Source: an uncultured delta proteobacterium (GTDB lineage Bacteria; Myxococcota_A; Polyangia; Haliangiales; Haliangiaceae). Taken from it: a stretch of DNA of 64,000 bases. The stretch lies in assembly GCA_963743525.1 (NCBI GenBank), contig CAVUQH010000024.1:193763-257762 (forward strand), in the 5' to 3' direction. Position 1 is the stretch's first letter; the number at the start of each line of letters is the position of its first letter. A model generated the notes under the pieces. It was not told where the DNA came from and made no database searches. It was given only the letters and a program-made list of their open reading frames with translations. This document shows, in pieces, positions 21,600 through 32,500 of this stretch. Position numbers and translations under genes: made by a program.

Positions 21600-22831
21600 T
21601 CGGCATCGACCGATGGCAGGAGATCTTCGGCGTCCTGCGCCGGAACAAGCTCCGTACGTTCCTCACCAGCCTCAGCGTGTCGTGGGGAATCTTCATGCTG
21701 GTCATCCTGCTCGGCGCCGGCACCGGGCTGGAGAACGCGGTCAAGTACAAGTTCCGCGACGACGCGGTCAACTCGATCTGGATCTGGTCGGGCAAGACCA
21801 CCAAGCCGTACGCCGGCCTGCCGATCGGCCGCAACATCCGCTTCACCAACGACGACTACGAGGCGATCAAGCGCAGCATCCCCGAGATCGATCACATCAC
21901 GTCGCGCTACTACCTGCGCGGGGACGCCTACGTGGTGCGCTACGGCGACCGCACCTCCAGCTTCGACATTCGCGCCACCCACCCGGATCACCGGTATCTC
22001 GAGAACACCATCATGGTGAAGGGGCGATTCCTCGACGATCGGGACCAGGCCGAGCGGCGAAAGGTGACGGTGATCGGCCAGAAGGTCGCCGACTTCCTGT
22101 TCCGCGGCGACGACCCGGTCGGCAAGCGCCTGACCATCGGCGGCATCTCCTACCTGGTCATCGGTGTGTTCGAGGACGAGGGCGGCGAGAACGAGATGCG
22201 CAAGATGTACATCCCGATCTCCACCGCCCAGCAGGCCTACGGCGGTGGCGACACGGTGCACACCATCATGTTCACCCTGGCCAACACCGATCTGGCCGGC
22301 TCCAAGAAGATCGAAAAGCAGGTGCGCCAGATCCTGGCCACCCGCCACAAGTACGACCCAACTGACAAGCGGGCCATCCGCCTGCGCAATCAGTTCGAGG
22401 GTCCGGCCGAGGTCGAGCAGATCTTCTCGATGATCCGCGTCTTCATCTGGGTGGTCGGCATCGGCACCATCGTCGCGGGCATCGTCGGGGTCAGCAACAT
22501 CATGTTGATCTCGGTCAAGGAACGCACGCGAGAGATCGGCCTGCGCAAGGCAGTCGGCGCCACGCCCGGCTCGCTGATCGCCCTGGTCATGCAGGAGTCG
22601 GTCTTCTTGACCTCCCTGGCGGGCTACTGCGGCGTGGTCTTCGGCGTCCTGTGCCTGGAGGTCATGGACCGCATCCTGCCCAAGAACGAGTACTTCATGA
22701 ACCCGCAGGTCGACCTCACCGTGGTGCTGGGTGCGACCGTGCTCCTGGTGTTGTTCGGCGCGCTGGCCGGCTTCGTGCCGGCCCGCCGAGCGGCCAGGGT
22801 CAACCCGATCGTGGCGCTGCGCGAGGAGTAG
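21596..22831 (+). CDS. ABC transporter permease (MacB_PCD + FtsX domain)
   Basis: N-terminal TM, large periplasmic domain, C-terminal FtsX 3-TM module ('ISVKERTREIGLRKAVGA'). Start overlaps the ATPase stop. Confidence 0.85.
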
Positions 22832-22833
22832 CC

Positions 22834-24084
22834 GTGCTCGACTGGGACAAATGGCAAGAGATCATCGCGGTCGCGCGCAAGAACCGCATGCGCACCGCGC
22901 TGACCGTGTTCGGCGTCTTCTGGGGCATGTTGATGTTGCTGGCGATGCTCGGCTTCGGCGACGGGCTGCAGCGCGGAGTCTCGTCCAACATGCGCGGCTT
23001 CGCCACCAACTCGGTCTTCGTCTGGGGCCAGCGCACGTCGCTTCCGTTCGCCGGCCTGCCGCCCGGGCGCCACGTCGAGTACGACAACGACGACGTCGCC
23101 GCGATGCGCTCCAAGATCGACGGCCTGCAGTACCTGGCGCCGCGCAACCAGCTGGGCGGCTTCCGCGACGGCGACAACGTCACCCACGGCAGCAAGACCG
23201 GCAACTTCCAGGTGATGGGCGACTACCCTGACATCATCAACATCCAGTCGGTGCGCTTCGAGAAGGGGCGGTTCATCAACGACCTGGACATCGCCCAGCG
23301 GCGCAAGGTGGCGGTCATCGGCAAGCAGGTCGCCGACCTGCTGTTCGACCGCGGCGACGACCCGGTCGGCCAGTACATCCGCATCCAGGGGGTCTACTTC
23401 CAGGTGGTCGGCGTCTACCGCGCCCGCGCCAAGGGCGACATGGGCGACCGGCAAGAGACCACCATCAACATCCCCTTCACCACCTTCCAGCAGGCGTTCA
23501 ACTTCGGCAACAAGGTCGGCTGGTTCGCCATGACCGGCAAGACCGGCGTCTCGGGTGAGGTGCTGGAGAAGCGCGTGCGCGCGCTGCTGGCCGAGCGGCA
23601 CAAGATCTCGCCCAAGGACGAGCACGCTATCGGCTCGTTCAACGCCCACAAGGAGTTCATGAAGATGACGATGCTGTTCCGCGGCATCAAGATCTTCATG
23701 TGGATCGTCGGCATCATGACGCTGATGGCCGGCGTCATCGGCGTCAGCAACATCATGCTGATCGCGGTCAAGGAACGGACCAAGGAGATCGGCATCCGCA
23801 AGGCGATGGGCGCGACCCCGTGGTCGATCATCTCGCTCGTGGTGCAGGAAGCGATCGTCTTGACCTCACTGGCCGGATATCTGGGCATCATCGCCGGCGT
23901 CGGGCTGCTGGCGCTGGTCGGCTGGGCCATTCCCGACAATCCGGTGTTCGCCAGTCCGCAGATCGACCTCAGCGTGGCGCTGGTTTGCGCCGCGATCCTC
24001 ATCGTGAGCGGTGGCCTGGCGGGAGTCTTCCCCGCCCGCCAGGCCGCCCGCGTCAACCCCGTAGAAGCACTCAGGGCTGAATGA
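22834..24084 (+). CDS. Second ABC transporter permease (MacB_PCD + FtsX domain)
   Basis: Paralogue of the preceding permease ('IAVKERTKEIGIRKAMGA'). GTG start 22834, 2 nt after the previous stop. Confidence 0.85.
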   Translation: MLDWDKWQEIIAVARKNRMRTALTVFGVFWGMLMLLAMLGFGDGLQRGVSSNMRGFATNSVFVWGQRTSLPFAGLPPGRHVEYDNDDVAAMRSKIDGLQYLAPRNQLGGFRDGDNVTHGSKTGNFQVMGDYPDIINIQSVRFEKGRFINDLDIAQRRKVAVIGKQVADLLFDRGDDPVGQYIRIQGVYFQVVGVYRARAKGDMGDRQETTINIPFTTFQQAFNFGNKVGWFAMTGKTGVSGEVLEKRVRALLAERHKISPKDEHAIGSFNAHKEFMKMTMLFRGIKIFMWIVGIMTLMAGVIGVSNIMLIAVKERTKEIGIRKAMGATPWSIISLVVQEAIVLTSLAGYLGIIAGVGLLALVGWAIPDNPVFASPQIDLSVALVCAAILIVSGGLAGVFPARQAARVNPVEALRAE

Positions 24085-25164
24085 TGAAACGCGCAATCCC
24101 CATCGTCATCGGGCTCGGCATCGTCGCCGCGTTCGCCTGGACCCTCCTGTTCCTGTACAAGAAGTCGCAGAGCAAGCCGGTCGTCTACGAGACCGACAGC
24201 CCGACCATCGCCGACATCGTCGACAAGACGGTCGCGACCGGGGCGATCGTTCCGCGCGAAGAGGTCGAGATCAAGCCGCGCGTCTCCGGCGTGATCAAGC
24301 AGCTCGCCGTGCAGCCGGGCGACCCGATCGAGAAGGGCGATCTCGATCGCAGAGATCGAAATCATCCCCGACTCGGTCACCCTCAACCGCGCCGAGGCCA
24401 GCCTCAAGCAGGCCAAGATCAGCTTCGACAACGCCAAGCAGGAGCTCGAGCGGCGCAAGAAGCTGTTCGAGCAGAAGGTCATCTCCGACGTCGAGCTGGC
24501 CCAGTTCCGCCTCGACTACCAGCTGAAGAAGCAGGACCTGGATGCCGCCCAGTCGAACCTGCAGCTGGTCAAGGAAGGCGCGGCCCGCGGCAAGGGCCAC
24601 GCCAACACCGAGGTCCGCTCCACGGTCAAAGGCATGGTCCTGGCGGTCCCGGTCGAGCTGGGCGAGTCGGTCATCGAGTCCAACACCTTCAACGCCGGCA
24701 CCACCGTGGCGTCGATCGCCAACATGAACGACATGATCTTCCAGGGCAACGTCGACGAATCCGAGGTCGGCAAGATCAAGGAAGGCATGGAGCTCGAGAT
24801 CCACATCGGCGCCCTGGAGAAGCAGACCTTCAAGGGCAAGCTCGAGTACATCTCGCCCAAGGGCGTCCTCCAGGACGGCGCCATCCAGTTCGAGATCAAG
24901 GCCAGCATCCAGGTGCCGGAAAAGGTCTTCATCCGCGCCAACTACAGCGCCAACGCCGACATCGTCCTCGACCGCCGCGACAAGGTCCTGGCCATCGACG
25001 AGAGCCTGCTGCAGTTCGACAAGGGCAAGCCGTACGTCGAGGTCGAGACCGCCCCGCAGAAGTTCGAACGCCGCGACGTCAAGACCGGCCTGTCCGACGG
25101 CATCAAGATCGAGATCCTGTCGGGCATCGACAAGAACGCCAAGATCAAGAAGCCGAAGCACTAG
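24081..25164 (+). pseudogene. HlyD/MacA-type periplasmic adaptor (membrane fusion protein), one frameshift
   Basis: N-terminal TM + 'RVSGVIKQLAVQPGDPIEKGDL' in one frame. Continues as 'IAEIEIIPDSV...QAKISFDNAKQELERRKKLFEQKVIS...' and the C-terminal beta-barrel domain in another frame. Switch is near 24345. Confidence 0.7.
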
Positions 25165-25198
25165 CCTCACGTCCGGGTATCCGGTCGCCCTGAGCGAA

Positions 25199-25217
25199 GG
25201 CCGCGCGCAGCGCGGCC
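25199..25217 (+). terminator. GC-rich hairpin downstream of the MacB-HlyD operon
   Basis: ggccgcgc-gca-gcgcggcc (8-bp stem, 3-nt loop) 35 nt after the HlyD stop. No U-tract, as is usual in high-GC genomes. Confidence 0.3.
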
Positions 25218-25619
25218 GTGGTCGAAGGGCGCGGTCTCCGTCGCAACAGCCCAGCGCGAACCCCGTGCCGGGTCGCTCCGCGCTTGCCCAGTCCAGCGCG
25301 GGACGCGCGCTATACGCCGGCGGGCCTGCGGCCCGGCGGCACGTGCGCGCTCGGCGTTCCGTTGGCATCGCGCCGCGAGCGGCGCGAGCACTCCACGACG
25401 CCCGCTACCGCCGGACAGGGCAAGCGCTGCGCTCGTGAACGTGGAGAAGAGCGCGGGATGTCGCCATGAGTGAAGTGGCTATGGGGGCCCACGCCCTGAG
25501 GGGAGTCTCCTCACCTGGCTAGTCGAGTGGCCGGGGGGTTGGCGCACCGAAGTGCGCGGAATCTGGTCGGCGGATCGTGGAACGGAGCTTGCGATGTCTG
25601 GCTGCCGCCGGGCGAAAGG

Positions 25620-26453
25620 ATGGCTTCGTTGTCGACTCGTTGGTTGTTTCTGGTTCTCTCGATGGCGCTCGCGGGCGGCTGCGTGGCCGCGCCGGCGGAC
25701 GCCGGCTCTGATCTGCCGGTGCCCGGGGTTGGCGGCGGCGGCAAGGGTGACTCGCCCTACCCGTTCATCGTCATCGGCGACCAGGACACGTGGCTGAAGA
25801 AGACGACCGACCAGTCGGCGAACCTCGAGCTGGGCAGCGAGAAGTGTCAGCTGACCGCGGGCAGCTACGTCGAGCTGCAGGCCGAGCCCGAGGCGGTGGG
25901 CGACCACTTGCTGGTCAACACGCGGCAGATGTTGCCCGGCTGCAGCTTCAGCGAGGGTTACGTGTTCACGGCGCATGTGGCGGACTCGAGCTTGCCGCTC
26001 GGTGGCAACTGCGCCGCGGACATCTCGGCGCGGCAGTGCGCGTTCCTCGGCACCATCGCCTACTCCGAGGGCACCAACGACCGCTACGATCTGATCTTCG
26101 GCTACCGGACCTTTACCGACTTCTCCGATCACCCGCGGCGGCGGGTCTGCAGCGGCAGCTACTGCTCGGACGCGGCCGGGCGTTACCAGTTCCTGTCGAC
26201 GACGTGGGACGGCGTGCGCGACAAGCTCGACCTGCCCGACTTCACGCCCGCCAGTCAGGACCTGGCAGCACTGGAGCTGATCCGCGGGCGCGGGGTGTAC
26301 GACCTGGACAGCATCGACACCTACGCCGAGTTCACGAATGCCATCGACCACCTGAACCGCGAGTGGGCGTCCCTGCCCGGCAGCCCGTACGGCCAGCCGA
26401 CCCACCCGATGTCGGTCCTGTGGGATGAGTACCAGCGCCAGCTCGGCCAGTAA
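25620..26453 (+). CDS. Secreted phage-lambda-R-like lytic transglycosylase (glycoside hydrolase family 104 lysozyme) with N-terminal lipoprotein-type signal and extra domain
   Basis: Signal 'MASLSTRWLFLVLSMALAGGCVAAP'. C-terminal domain aligns with lambda R as I recall it: 'AYSEGTNDRYDLIFGYRTFTDFSDHP' (lambda 'AWSEGT...YDVIVGGELFTDYSDHP'), 'GRYQFLSTTWDGVRDKLDLPDFTPASQDLAALELI' (lambda 'GRYQLLSRWWDAYRKQLGLKDFSPKSQDAVALQQI') and 'EWASLPGSPYGQ' (lambda 'IWASLPGAGYGQ'). Confidence 0.8.
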   Translation: MASLSTRWLFLVLSMALAGGCVAAPADAGSDLPVPGVGGGGKGDSPYPFIVIGDQDTWLKKTTDQSANLELGSEKCQLTAGSYVELQAEPEAVGDHLLVNTRQMLPGCSFSEGYVFTAHVADSSLPLGGNCAADISARQCAFLGTIAYSEGTNDRYDLIFGYRTFTDFSDHPRRRVCSGSYCSDAAGRYQFLSTTWDGVRDKLDLPDFTPASQDLAALELIRGRGVYDLDSIDTYAEFTNAIDHLNREWASLPGSPYGQPTHPMSVLWDEYQRQLGQ

Positions 26454-26523
26454 CTGGCGGATGGAGCCGCTGCCAGCGGATGCCTGCTTGACCTGAACTA
26501 CAACTGTAGTAGCCTTACGAGGC

Positions 26524-27540
26524 TTGTCGGAGTCACGGCGCCCAACCCCGCGGAGATGGTCCCCGTTCGCGCCTCTGGTGCTGATGGCCACGGCGCTGAG
26601 CGCGTCTCTGGTCCGCTGGTACGTACAGGGCTCGGGCAACCTCTACACCGCGCTGTCCAAGCGCTTCTACGTCCCCGATCCCGACCTGGGCTGGCGGGTG
26701 AGCGCGGAGCACCCGCTGTGGTTGGGGCTGGACGCGTGTGCCGTGATCGTCGCCCTCGCCCTGGTCGTCGTCGCCGTTGCCCTGATCACCCGGCGGCTCG
26801 AGCGAGCGAGCGAGCGACGGCTTCGCCGGCTTCGAGTCGTCTCGTGGACCGTCGCTTCGCTCTCACTCGCGGTCCCCGCGGCGGCGTTTGCCAGTGGCGC
26901 GGGACCGCTGCGCGCCCGCGACACGCTGCCCGCGGGCACGGCCGTCCGGATCGAAGACGGTGTCGCCGGTTCCCTCGATGCGCCGCCAGGTCGCTACGTG
27001 GTGCTGGCCCATCCGGGAACCGCGGTGACCGCGCGCCTGTCCGCCGGCGGCGAGACGTTCGACGCCCGGTTCGCCGAGATCACCGGCTCCTGGCGCGGTA
27101 CGCCGCGCGATCTTCGCCGGCCGATGCACGGCGACATCGCCGTCGCCGCCGCATCCGTGGATACCGGCGTCGGCAAGCGCACCAGGCACGCCCGCGACGG
27201 ATACCTGCACGCGGGGGACTACCCGCGCATCAGCGTCACCTTCGATCGGCTGGCCGCCGTGCGTGCGGACGGTGCGCTCACGATCGCCTTCCGAGCCGCT
27301 GGAACGGTTTCCCTGCTGGGCAGAACCGCTCCGGTGGAGATCACGGGAACGGCGGAGAAGCTCGACTCCGCCGCCCTCGCCCGGCTCGCCGTCACCGGCG
27401 ACGTCTTGCTGGTCCAGGCCGACTTCACGCTGCCGATTCGCGACACCGCTCTCGCGCCCGACGCGGGCGACTTCGACAACCCGCTGATTCCAATCCACGT
27501 GTCGCTGGTGTTGCGTCACGCCAGCGACCCACGACCATGA
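26524..27540 (+). CDS. Membrane-anchored YceI-like domain protein
   Basis: Two predicted TM segments at the N-terminus. C-terminal region resembles YceI ('HARDGYLHAGDYPRISVTF...'). Start could be 26524 or 26584. Confidence 0.5.
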   Translation: MSESRRPTPRRWSPFAPLVLMATALSASLVRWYVQGSGNLYTALSKRFYVPDPDLGWRVSAEHPLWLGLDACAVIVALALVVVAVALITRRLERASERRLRRLRVVSWTVASLSLAVPAAAFASGAGPLRARDTLPAGTAVRIEDGVAGSLDAPPGRYVVLAHPGTAVTARLSAGGETFDARFAEITGSWRGTPRDLRRPMHGDIAVAAASVDTGVGKRTRHARDGYLHAGDYPRISVTFDRLAAVRADGALTIAFRAAGTVSLLGRTAPVEITGTAEKLDSAALARLAVTGDVLLVQADFTLPIRDTALAPDAGDFDNPLIPIHVSLVLRHASDPRP

Positions 27541-27556
27541 CGCGGAGAGAGACCTG

Positions 27557-28204
27557 ATGAACCGACACAACCTGATCGCGCTGGCCTGTGCCCTCGCCGT
27601 CGCACCGGCGTGCAAGAAACAGGAGAACCGGCCGGCACCGGCGGCGACGGAGCGGAACGCCCCCGCCTCGAGCGCAGCCACGCCGCCGCCGGCGGCCGAA
27701 CCGAAGACCGAGGCGGACCACATCGTCGTCCTCGCGCATCACGACCAGCCCAAGCCGAGCGACCCGGTACGGCTCCAGTTCGACCGGTTCCGCGTGGTCG
27801 ACGCCACATTCGATCCGCAAAAGCTCGAGGGCGGCACCGCGACGGTCGAAATCGATCTGTCGAGTCTCCACACCGGCTCGGAAGAGCGCGACGACGACTT
27901 GAAGTCGCCGGCGTATCTGGACGTCGGCAAGTTCGCCACCGCCACGGTCGAGATCGACCACGTGAAACAGAAAGCGGCAACCAGCTACACCGCCGAGGCG
28001 ACGGTGACGGCGCACGGCATGACGAGGACCTATCCGGTGACCTTCGAGCTGCTCGACCACAGCGCCAACAGCATCCGCATCAAAGGCGAGCACACCTTCA
28101 CCCGACTCGACTTCGGCATCGGCGACGATCCAGCAAAGGACCCCGACGAGCAGGTGGGCACCGACGTGACCATCGAGATGCAGCTGACGATCGCGAAGAG
28201 CTGA
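27557..28204 (+). CDS. YceI-family lipoprotein
   Basis: Lipobox 'LACALAVAPACKK'. YceI-like 'LQFDRFRVVDATFDP...GTATVEIDLSSLHTGSEERDDDLKSPAYLDV...'. Confidence 0.75.
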   Translation: MNRHNLIALACALAVAPACKKQENRPAPAATERNAPASSAATPPPAAEPKTEADHIVVLAHHDQPKPSDPVRLQFDRFRVVDATFDPQKLEGGTATVEIDLSSLHTGSEERDDDLKSPAYLDVGKFATATVEIDHVKQKAATSYTAEATVTAHGMTRTYPVTFELLDHSANSIRIKGEHTFTRLDFGIGDDPAKDPDEQVGTDVTIEMQLTIAKS

Positions 28205-28260
28205 AGCCGCGGCGACGGCGGGCTGGTCGGCGGTGCGCAGGTCAGCAGGCGCGGCGCCAC

Positions 28261-29445
28261 TCAGCGCCGGCGTTCTTGCTGGCGCCTGGCGTGCTCGAGA
28301 AGTACGGCCGACGTGGTGACGCCGAGGGTGTCGTCGTCGGCGACGTCGGCGTCGGCCAGCTCGAAGCGGCCCTCGTTCCATCCGAGCAGGTAGTGCAGCC
28401 GCTCACCGGCCAGCAGCTCGTCGGCCTCGGACGGCAGATCTACGCGGACCGGTGCACCCTCGTTGAGATAAACGGTGGCGATGGCGTCGGTGCGAACCAG
28501 GAGGAGGATGCCGGTGCGGCGCTCGGCCTCGGCGAACGCGAGCAGCGTCGCCAGCGAGACGTGGGACAGGCTGCCGCGCAGCGCCTTGGTCGTGGTGGTG
28601 TCGCGCGGATAGGCGTGCGAACGGGTGACGACCCGCCCCACGCGCAGCGACAATTCGTCCTCGTCGAACGGCTTGGCGATGTAGTCGTCGACGCCGAGCC
28701 GGTAGCCCTGCAGGCGCTCCTCGTCGCTGGACAACGAGGTGACGAAGACCACCGGGATGTGCGCCAGCGTCGGCCGCGCGCGCAGCATGCGCACCAGCTG
28801 CCAGCCGTCGAGCACCGGCATCTGCACATCCGACAGGATCACGTCGGGCGTCTGCGCCATGGCTTGCTGCAGCGCCTGCACTCCGTTGTCGGCGGTGACC
28901 ACGGTGTAGCCGCTGTCGCGCATGACCGCGGCCGCGCGCTCGCGGTGCCAGGTGTCGTCGTCGACCACCAGCACGCGGGCCGACTGGCCGGCCGGTGACG
29001 GCGGCAGCTCGAGCTCGGGCGAAACCTCGGCGACGAAGCGGACGATGTCGTCGGCGATTGGAGTGCCGCCGACGTCGAGGAACTGCATACCCATGCCGGC
29101 GGGGCGGTCGTGCCCCTTGGCCGCTTCGTTGTCGAGGACGTAGGCGACGCGAGCAACGGCGAGGAGCTCGCGATCCTCGTCGGGCATGCGCAGGTGCAGA
29201 CGCACCACCGCCCCCATGGGCAGGAACCGCTCGGTTCGAACGAACAGCCCGCCGCGGCTGACGTCGACCGTGTACGCCTCGACCAGCTCGTCCACGGTCT
29301 CGAACGCCACCTTGAACGCCGCCGCCACCCGCGGCTCGGCCCGGCGCCGCGGCGTGGGGCCGGGTGCAGGCGTGTCGGCGGGCCGCTGCTCGTCGGAGTC
29401 GCCGCCGAGCACAGGTTGGGTATCCTCCCGATCTCCCGCGCTCAT
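28261..29445 (-). CDS. PilZ - response-regulator receiver - DUF4388 domain protein
   Basis: PilZ-like 'AYTVDVSRGGLFVRTERFLPMGAVVRLHL'. Receiver 'RVLVVDDD...ILSDVQMPVLDGWQLVRMLRA...FVTSL...KPF'. DUF4388-like C-terminus. Start could be 29445 (ATG) or 29466 (GTG). Confidence 0.7.
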   Translation of the reverse strand: MSAGDREDTQPVLGGDSDEQRPADTPAPGPTPRRRAEPRVAAAFKVAFETVDELVEAYTVDVSRGGLFVRTERFLPMGAVVRLHLRMPDEDRELLAVARVAYVLDNEAAKGHDRPAGMGMQFLDVGGTPIADDIVRFVAEVSPELELPPSPAGQSARVLVVDDDTWHRERAAAVMRDSGYTVVTADNGVQALQQAMAQTPDVILSDVQMPVLDGWQLVRMLRARPTLAHIPVVFVTSLSSDEERLQGYRLGVDDYIAKPFDEDELSLRVGRVVTRSHAYPRDTTTTKALRGSLSHVSLATLLAFAEAERRTGILLLVRTDAIATVYLNEGAPVRVDLPSEADELLAGERLHYLLGWNEGRFELADADVADDDTLGVTTSAVLLEHARRQQERRR

Positions 29446-29514
29446 CGTAACGAGAGATGATAGCACAGCCCCGGCGGGCGGCGGACGGTGCTATCACTGC
29501 AGGGGGACGAGGCG

Positions 29515-32500
29515 ATGGCGTTCGAGGGGTCGGATCGGTTCCGAGTGGTGGGCAAGCTCGGTGAGGGCGGGATGGGCGTGGTCTACGAAGCCGAAGACCG
29601 CGCCCGGGACATGCGGGTGGCGCTCAAGGCGCTGCGCAACGTCGATCCGATCGGCCTGATGCGGTTCAAACAGGAGTTTCGCACCGCCTCGGACCTGGCC
29701 CACCCCAACATCGTCGGCCTGTACGAGCTGTTCGCCGAGGGGGACGACTGGTTCTTCACCATGGAGCTGGTCCCCGGCGACAGCTTCATCGACTACGTTC
29801 GCGGCGGACGGGCGCCCGAGCTGCCGCCGGCCTCCCGACCCAGAGCCTCGCCCGGACCCGAGGGAACCGGGGAGACCGACACCCACACGGCCGACGGCAC
29901 CGACGCCCCGACCCCGCCCGTACCCGGCGTCGTCACGCCCCGGCCGGAGCTGCAGGCTTCGGTCCAGGCCATGGTCGATCTGGGCAGGCTGCGCGGCGCG
30001 CTGGTCCAGCTGGCCAAGGCGCTGCACGCGCTGCACGAGGCCGGCCTGGTCCATCGCGACCTCAAGCCGTCCAACGTCCGGGTCACTCCCGAGGGGCGCG
30101 TGGTGCTGATGGACTTCGGCATCGTCGCTGACCGACGAGCTACGCGACACGGCGCCGCAGGCGCGGTCGGAACGCCGCCGTACATGGCGCCCGAGCAGGC
30201 GCTGGGTGACGGCCCGACCGCCGCAGCCGACTGGTACGCCCTGGGAACCATGCTGTTCCTCGCCCTCACCGGGCACCTGCCGTTCCGCGGAACCCGCAGG
30301 GAGATCCTCGACGCCAAGGCGCGCGCCGAGCCGCCGCCACCCAGCGCGCTGGTCGCCGGGGTCCCCGACGATCTCGATCAGCTGTGCACCCGACTGCTGC
30401 GCCGGCGCGCGCACCGCCGACCGTCGGGCGAGGAAGTGCTGCAGCGACTGGGTGCACAACCAGCCGCGCCGACCGTCGACAGCGCCATCGCGCCGGTCTT
30501 CGTCGGACGCGAGCTGGAGCTGGCGGCGCTGCGCAGTGGCTTCGAGCTCGCGTGCCGCGGGCGCGCGCTGTCGTACGTCATCGAAGGCGAGTCGGGCATG
30601 GGCAAGTCGGCGCTGGCCCGCCGGTTCCTGGACGAGCTCGACCACCACCGTGGCGCCGCGCGGCCGTGCATCCTCACCGGTCGCTGTCACGAGCGCGAGA
30701 GTCTGGCGTACAAGGCGTTCGACGGCATCATCGACGATCTCGCCGCGGTGCTGGTATCGCTGCCGGAGGGGCTACGGGCCGAGCTGATTCCCGACGGCGC
30801 CGTCGCTCTGGCTCGCCTGTTTCCGGTGCTGCGGCGGGTGCCGCGACTTCGCGCCGACGGCGACCGCGCGCCCGCCGACCCACACGAGGAGCGCGCCCGG
30901 GCGGTCGCCGCGCTGACCGCCCTGCTCCACGGCCTGGGCGGCGTGCGCCCGGTGGTGTTGTTCATCGACGACCTGCAGTGGGCCGACCGCGACAGCCTCG
31001 AGGTGCTGGTCGAGCTGCTCGGCAGCACCAACGCGCACCGGCTGTTGTTCCTGACCTCGGTGCGGTCGGAGAACCTGGCCTCGGACCGAGCGCTTCGCCG
31101 GGTCGTCGACGAGCTGGGCACCGACGCAGATCTGCGGCAGCTGGCGCTGGGGCCGCTGTCGATCTCCGAGCAGCGGGAGCTGGTCCATCGCCTCGGCGGT
31201 GGCCGCGGCCCGGCCCCATCGCTGGGCGACGAGCTGTTCACCGAGCTGGCCGAGAGTCCGCTGTTCCTGGTCGAGCTGTTGCGCTACCTGCAGCAGGCCG
31301 GTGGCGAGGCCGGCTCGCTCGACGACCTCGCGCTCGACGACGTGCTCGCGCGGCGGGTCGCCCTGCTCCGCGACGGCGCGCGGCGGGCACTCGAAGTCAT
31401 GGCGCTGGCCGGAGAGCCGCTGCCGCTGGCGGTGCTCGCCGACGCCGCCGAGCTGGGTGCCGACGACACCGAGCGCGCGGTGGCCGAGCTGCGGGTCGAC
31501 TTCCTCGCCCGGGTCGCGCGCAGCGATCGCGAGCCGTGGCTGATGTGCAACCACGACCGCCTGCGTGACGTGGTCGTGCGCGAGCTGCGCCTCGATCGCC
31601 GCCGGACCGCGCAGCGTCGACTGGCCGAAGCGCTGGAGCGTTGGCCCGAGGCGACGCCGGAAAACCTCGCCCGCCACTGGCTCGCCGCCGGCGAGCTGCG
31701 CGAGGCGATCACCTACCTGCGCCGAGCGGCCGACCTCGCCAGCGAGAAGCTGGCCTTCGAGCACGCCGCCGAGCTCCTGGAAGCGGCCGCCGATCTCGAA
31801 GCCGCGCACCGTCCCGGCGGCGGCGCCGATCGCGTGACCGGGCTGCGCCGCCTGGGCGAGGCGATGGTCCTGGCCGGGCGCTGCTACGACGCCGCGCAAG
31901 TGTACGAGCGCGCCGCCGAGCTGGCCGGTGGCGAGGTCGCGTTGGAGCTCCAGCGCTGCGCCGCCGACAATCTGCTGCGCAGCGGCCACGTTGACGAAGG
32001 CCGGGCCAAGCTGTCGCGGGTCCTGGCGCAGCTGGACGCTCCGGTCGCCCGCACCCGCCGCGGTGCGACGCTGTCGTTCCTGGTCCGGCGCGCGCGGCTG
32101 GCGCTGCGCGGTCTGGACTATCTGCCCCGCCGCGTCGCCGAAATCGACCCGCGCGATCTGGCCCGCCTCGACACCATGTACGCCGCATCGGCTGCGCTGG
32201 GCATGGTCGACCACCTGCGCGGTGCCGCCCTGCAGACCCGCCATCTGCACGCCGCCCTCGACGTCGGCGAGGAACGCCGGGTCTCGCGGGCGCTGGCCAT
32301 CGAGGTCGCCTACCTGATCGCCGTCGGCGGCAAGCGCTCACGCCGCGGTCTACAGCTGGCGCGCGACCTGCTCGAGCGAGCCGACCGGCGCAATGATCGA
32401 TTCCTTCGCGGCGTGGTGCTCATGGCCGAGGGCGGCGGCCACCTGTTCGCGGGTCGTCCGGCCGAAGCGACCGGGTCGCTGGCGCGGGCCGAGGATGCGC

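Noticed and set aside
25620-26453. Possibility that the lysozyme marks a prophage
   Set aside because: No holin/spanin, terminase, capsid, integrase or att repeats were seen in the flanking 10 kb. Neighbours are chromosomal transporter and envelope genes.
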